A DNA stretch of 64,000 bases from Marinicella sp. (GTDB lineage: Bacteria; Pseudomonadota; Gammaproteobacteria; Xanthomonadales; Marinicellaceae). Position numbers and translations under genes: made by a program. Positions 60,192 through 64,000 of this stretch are shown here, in pieces. The DNA lies in the NCBI GenBank assembly GCA_965230295.1, contig OZ246001.1:640001-704000 (forward strand), read 5' to 3'. Numbering within the stretch: the stretch's first letter is position 1; every line of letters starts with the position of its first letter. The notes under the pieces are model-generated. The model ran no database searches, was not told the origin of the DNA, and was given only the letters and a program-made list of their open reading frames with translations.

Positions 60192-61178
60192 ATGACTGAA
60201 CCCATGTACAAACCAACATTAAAATACATGGCCATTGCATCCATGTTGATCAATACCATTGCCGCATCAGCTGAATCGCCAGAAAAAGAGATTCAAGTAG
60301 ATGTCAATGGCTATGTATTAAGTGGCGTTTATCAAGCTGCCACCAAAAACCAAGACTCAATTAAAAAGGCAATCCTTATCATTGCAGGCTCTGGAGCCAC
60401 AGACCGCAATGGCAACAATGAAGGCATGGGGCTGATCAACAACAGCTATAAAATGTTGGCTGATGCATTGAATCAGGCAGGTTTCGCGGTCCTTAGAACC
60501 GACAAACGCGGCGTTGGGAAAAGTGCCAGCCCAGATTTTGATATGAGCCAAACAGTATTCAAAGATTATGTCAATGATGTGTCGATTTGGATTGATTTAT
60601 TACAACAGTCTCATGACGAGATCACCGTCATTGGTCACAGTCTGGGTGGTTTGATGATGATGCAAGCTGCCCAATCATCTGAAGTCGATCATGTCATAGC
60701 CTTGGCCAGCGTAGCTGACTCAGGGTACGCAACCATCAAAAGACAAATGGGGGATCAACCCGAATTTGTGAGTCAAGCCGCCATCCCTCTTTTAGATCGC
60801 CTGGCTAAGCAAGAAAGCATACCAGCTGAAGAAGTACCACCTTTCTTAAATGCCCTGTTCAGTCCAAAGATTCAAAAATACATGCAATCCTTTATGTTGC
60901 TGGAACCCAAAGCTGAATTAGCTAAGCTGGCCATACCTGCCCTGGTGATAATTGGGGATACCGACATCCAAATCACAGTCAAAGAAAGCGAACAAATGGC
61001 AGCAAATTTAAGCCACGTCTCATTCGAAGTCATTAAAGGCATGAACCATGTATTGAAGCCAGCCCCTGAAGAACGTCAAGCCAATCTGGCCACCTACTCG
61101 CAAGCTGAATTACCACTGCACCCAGATTTAGTACCAACGATATTAGAATTCTTGAAAAACAGCCCATACAAGCCGTGA
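60192..61178 (+). CDS. secreted alpha/beta hydrolase
   Basis: IAGSGATDRNGN, DKRGVG, GHSLGG, GDTDIQ, MNHVLK. Confidence 0.88.
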   Translation: MTEPMYKPTLKYMAIASMLINTIAASAESPEKEIQVDVNGYVLSGVYQAATKNQDSIKKAILIIAGSGATDRNGNNEGMGLINNSYKMLADALNQAGFAVLRTDKRGVGKSASPDFDMSQTVFKDYVNDVSIWIDLLQQSHDEITVIGHSLGGLMMMQAAQSSEVDHVIALASVADSGYATIKRQMGDQPEFVSQAAIPLLDRLAKQESIPAEEVPPFLNALFSPKIQKYMQSFMLLEPKAELAKLAIPALVIIGDTDIQITVKESEQMAANLSHVSFEVIKGMNHVLKPAPEERQANLATYSQAELPLHPDLVPTILEFLKNSPYKP

Positions 61179-61206
61179 AGCAGGAGAATTGTTGACCGAT
61201 CAAATA

Positions 61207-61371
61207 AGGAATGTTCTTGGGGCTCCATTCACTTTTGTCTGGAACAGACATCCGAAGTGAGCAAACGCGAACTTGAGGTAAAATTAGAGTTAGAAGATGC
61301 TGGTTTTTTTGTGCAACAAAAAAGAAGGCATTTCTAACCATTCTCCAGAATGAAGTCCCAAGGGCATTCCT
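61207..61371. mobile_element. 165-bp MITE-like element with imperfect 24-bp terminal inverted repeats, flanked by TA
   Basis: TA|AGGAATGTTCTTGGGGCTCCATTC ... GAATGAAGTCCCAAGGGCATTCCT|TA (20/24); partial related copy at 22436-22570. Confidence 0.7.
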
Positions 61372-61456
61372 TACTATCTGACTTGAGGATAAGAAAGTGG
61401 TGGTCATCTGAGGTTAAACTTCTGTAAAATGAGGTGATTCAATCAAACATAATCAC

Positions 61457-62140
61457 ATGAAGTTCGAATCAACTGATCGCCAAATTCGCAGTTTTGTTTT
61501 GAGAAAGGGAAAGATGACCACGGGTCAGCGTAAAGCGGTCGAAGAGTTGATGCCTTTGTTTGCCTTTGATCCTAAAGAACCCATTGATTTTCAAAAGTTA
61601 TTTGGCAATGACAATCCGGTATGGCTCGACATCGGTTTTGGCAATGGTGAGTCAATCATTCATGCCGCTCAAATGTTCCCTGACATCAACTTTCTAGGGA
61701 TTGAAGTCCATTTACCTGGCGTGGGTCATTTACTCATGGCCATCAAAGAGCATGAACTGAATAATGTTCGCATCATCAGAAATGATGCAGTTGATATGTT
61801 AAACCTTTATATCAATGACGGCACATTAGCGGCCATCCACATTTATTTCCCTGACCCATGGCACAAGAAACGCCACCACAAAAGACGCATCATGAATCAA
61901 GGTTTTTTAGATTTGATTAAAAACAAACTGAGTCAAGGTGGCCGCTTACATTATGCTTCAGACTGGGAACCCTATGCTGTTGAAGTTCAGGAATTATTCT
62001 CACACAACAATTGGTTATCCAATCAACAAACTGACAATGGTTTTGCACCCCGGCCTGAATGGCGACCTGTGACTAAGTTCGAAAGGCGGGGACAAAAACT
62101 GGAACACGGCACTTACGATTTAATCATGACCAAAAGCTGA
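61457..62140 (+). CDS. trmB: tRNA (guanine-N7)-methyltransferase
   Basis: DIGFGNG, GIEVH, FPDPWHKKRH, SDWEPYA, TKFE. Confidence 0.96.
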   Translation: MKFESTDRQIRSFVLRKGKMTTGQRKAVEELMPLFAFDPKEPIDFQKLFGNDNPVWLDIGFGNGESIIHAAQMFPDINFLGIEVHLPGVGHLLMAIKEHELNNVRIIRNDAVDMLNLYINDGTLAAIHIYFPDPWHKKRHHKRRIMNQGFLDLIKNKLSQGGRLHYASDWEPYAVEVQELFSHNNWLSNQQTDNGFAPRPEWRPVTKFERRGQKLEHGTYDLIMTKS

Positions 62141-63978
62141 TGGAAATGTTGCCTCTGACCAATGAGATGCTCATGGTGTTTGCCATTTTGGCTTACACCG
62201 TATTGATGTTCGTCACAGAGGTCATACGCATAGATGTCGCCGCGCTGTTGATTTTGGTTATGCTGGGCCTCTCCGGCCTGGTACCTGACACCCACCTGTT
62301 TGATGGCTTTGCTTCCAATGCCGTGATTGCCATCATTGCAGTGATGATCTTGGGAGCCGGTTTAGACCGCACCGGGGTCATGACGGCCGTGGCCAACCTG
62401 ATTTTAAGAATAGGCGGTAAAACAGAAAAAACAGTCATGCCAGTGGTCTCACTCACTGTAGGCGGCATTTCTGGATTCATGCAAAACGTGGGAGCCACCG
62501 CCTTGTTTCTACCGGTCATGAGTAAAATTTCCAGCGCTGCAGAATTGCCCATATCCCGGTTATTGATGCCGATGGGTTTTTGTGCCATTCTTGGTGGCAC
62601 TGTTACCATGGTGGGCTCGTCTCCATTGATCTTATTGAATGATTTGATCGCCACATCAAACCGTTCATTACCTCCCGGCGCGGACACCATGCCGACATTT
62701 AACCTGTTTGCCACCACCCCCATAGGCTTGGCCTTATTGGCCAGTGGTGTCATCTACTTTTTATTGATCGGTCGTTTTTTGTTGCCTCAAGCCAAAGACA
62801 TTGCCCACGGACACAACCACAAATCCGACAGCTATTTCAGGGACAATTACGGCATAGAAAAGACCATCACAGAAATGATTGTGAATAAAGACAGTCCATT
62901 GGTCGGTAAAATGATACAAGAATTGGAATTTGACACCCACATTCCTCATATTGTTGCCCTCTATACCGAAGATGAATCCATGCTGTCACCACCACGCAGT
63001 AAATTTATTTGGAATGGCGCTGTACTGGGCGTGATGGGCAGCAAGCAACAGATTGAAGATTTTGCAGAAGAATTCAATCTGACCATTTTGCCCAAATTGA
63101 AACAGTTTAAATTGGACTTCAACCCATCTATATCCGGGACATCGGAAGCAGTGGTGGTCCCTGGATCTCGTTATTTAGGTGTCAAACTGTCAGAATTCCA
63201 TTTTCGCAAGGAATTTGCCATCACCATTTTGGCCGTTTCCAGAAGCAATCGCATTTACACTGGCGAAGAAATGTATAACCTGGAATTACAGCTGGGTGAC
63301 ACATTCATCATACATGGACGGTGGACTGACCAAATGGGATTGGGTCGATCGCGGAATGTGGCGTTGGTCAGTGATGTACCGGCAGACCCACAACGACCAC
63401 AGAAAATTCCATTTGCATTGTTGTTCTTCTCAATCAGTATATGCCTGGTCATCTTCACTGATCTGAAACTGTCTTTGTCTCTGTTAACTGGCGCCATTGG
63501 CATGATCATTTTTGGGGTGTTGAATATGGACGAAGCCTACCGCGCCGTGAGTTGGAAAACAGTGTTTCTGCTGGCGTGCCTGATACCACTGGGTTATGCA
63601 ATGGAGCACACCGGTGCAGCGGCCTGGATCGCGCAACAAGCCATCAACACATTAGGCACCGTTCCACAAATCATTTATCAACTGGCCATAGCCACACTGG
63701 CCACCCTCTTTTCTTTGGTCATGTCAAATGTAGGTGCCACCGTGTTGTTGGTTCCCCTGGCCATCAACATCGCCTTAGAAACAGGCGGCAACCCAGTGGT
63801 TTATGCATTGATAGTGGCAATTTCAACCTCCAATGCTTTTATACTTCCCACCCATCAGGTGTCCGCCTTGATCATGGGGCCAGGTGGTTACAGTGTTAAA
63901 GAATTTCTCAAAGTCGGCAGCATCATGACCCTCTTGTTCCTGGCCGTTTCACTGACCATGATTAACTGGCTCTTTTAA
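62140..63978 (+). CDS. SLC13-family permease with TrkA-C domains
   Basis: Multi-TM halves (FMQNVGA, GGTVTMVGSS, MSNVGA, PTHQ) around two TrkA-C-like domains; TGATG coupling to trmB. Confidence 0.9.
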   Translation: MEMLPLTNEMLMVFAILAYTVLMFVTEVIRIDVAALLILVMLGLSGLVPDTHLFDGFASNAVIAIIAVMILGAGLDRTGVMTAVANLILRIGGKTEKTVMPVVSLTVGGISGFMQNVGATALFLPVMSKISSAAELPISRLLMPMGFCAILGGTVTMVGSSPLILLNDLIATSNRSLPPGADTMPTFNLFATTPIGLALLASGVIYFLLIGRFLLPQAKDIAHGHNHKSDSYFRDNYGIEKTITEMIVNKDSPLVGKMIQELEFDTHIPHIVALYTEDESMLSPPRSKFIWNGAVLGVMGSKQQIEDFAEEFNLTILPKLKQFKLDFNPSISGTSEAVVVPGSRYLGVKLSEFHFRKEFAITILAVSRSNRIYTGEEMYNLELQLGDTFIIHGRWTDQMGLGRSRNVALVSDVPADPQRPQKIPFALLFFSISICLVIFTDLKLSLSLLTGAIGMIIFGVLNMDEAYRAVSWKTVFLLACLIPLGYAMEHTGAAAWIAQQAINTLGTVPQIIYQLAIATLATLFSLVMSNVGATVLLVPLAINIALETGGNPVVYALIVAISTSNAFILPTHQVSALIMGPGGYSVKEFLKVGSIMTLLFLAVSLTMINWLF

Positions 63979-64000
63979 TTTGGCAGGCCTGTTCAATCTT

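Noticed and set aside
61033-61407. 124-aa minus-strand ORF
   Set aside because: It spans the MITE-like element and is antisense to the hydrolase 3' end; likely a chance ORF.

Overview
A 64-kb chromosomal window from a gammaproteobacterium. Gene order is Xanthomonadales-like, and a Marinicella-like marine lineage is my inference. Most of it is housekeeping: deaD, clpS-clpA-infA, ung, ftsEX, a partial T2SS operon (gspCDEF), ssb, the dcw cluster from mraZ to lpxC (murD and murB absent), monomeric icd, hutUHG and trmB. It also holds fatty-acid modification genes, alkB, an acyl-CoA dehydrogenase, two diguanylate cyclases and an MBOAT/SGNH pair. I recognised no rRNA, tRNA, CRISPR array, integrase or transposase. 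Four signals stand out. (1) A 79-aa secreted protein ending TDLIFKSDLD lies directly upstream of a 461-aa fibre-like secreted protein, and an unrelated secreted metalloprotease ends in the similar DDLIFADGFQ. This is a candidate C-terminal sorting signal with an adaptor/fibre display pair. (2) A dense structured non-coding block (about 21.9-22.6 kb) and a related 165-bp inverted-repeat element (61.2 kb) together carry five copies of one hairpin module whose stems differ in sequence while pairing and loops are kept. (3) A Fur box precedes a degenerate Fur/Irr-like protein. (4) An orphan FimT with a GRxR motif sits beside ssb. All family calls come from motif recognition by eye; no searches were run. 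Several start codons were moved downstream of the ORF-track starts.
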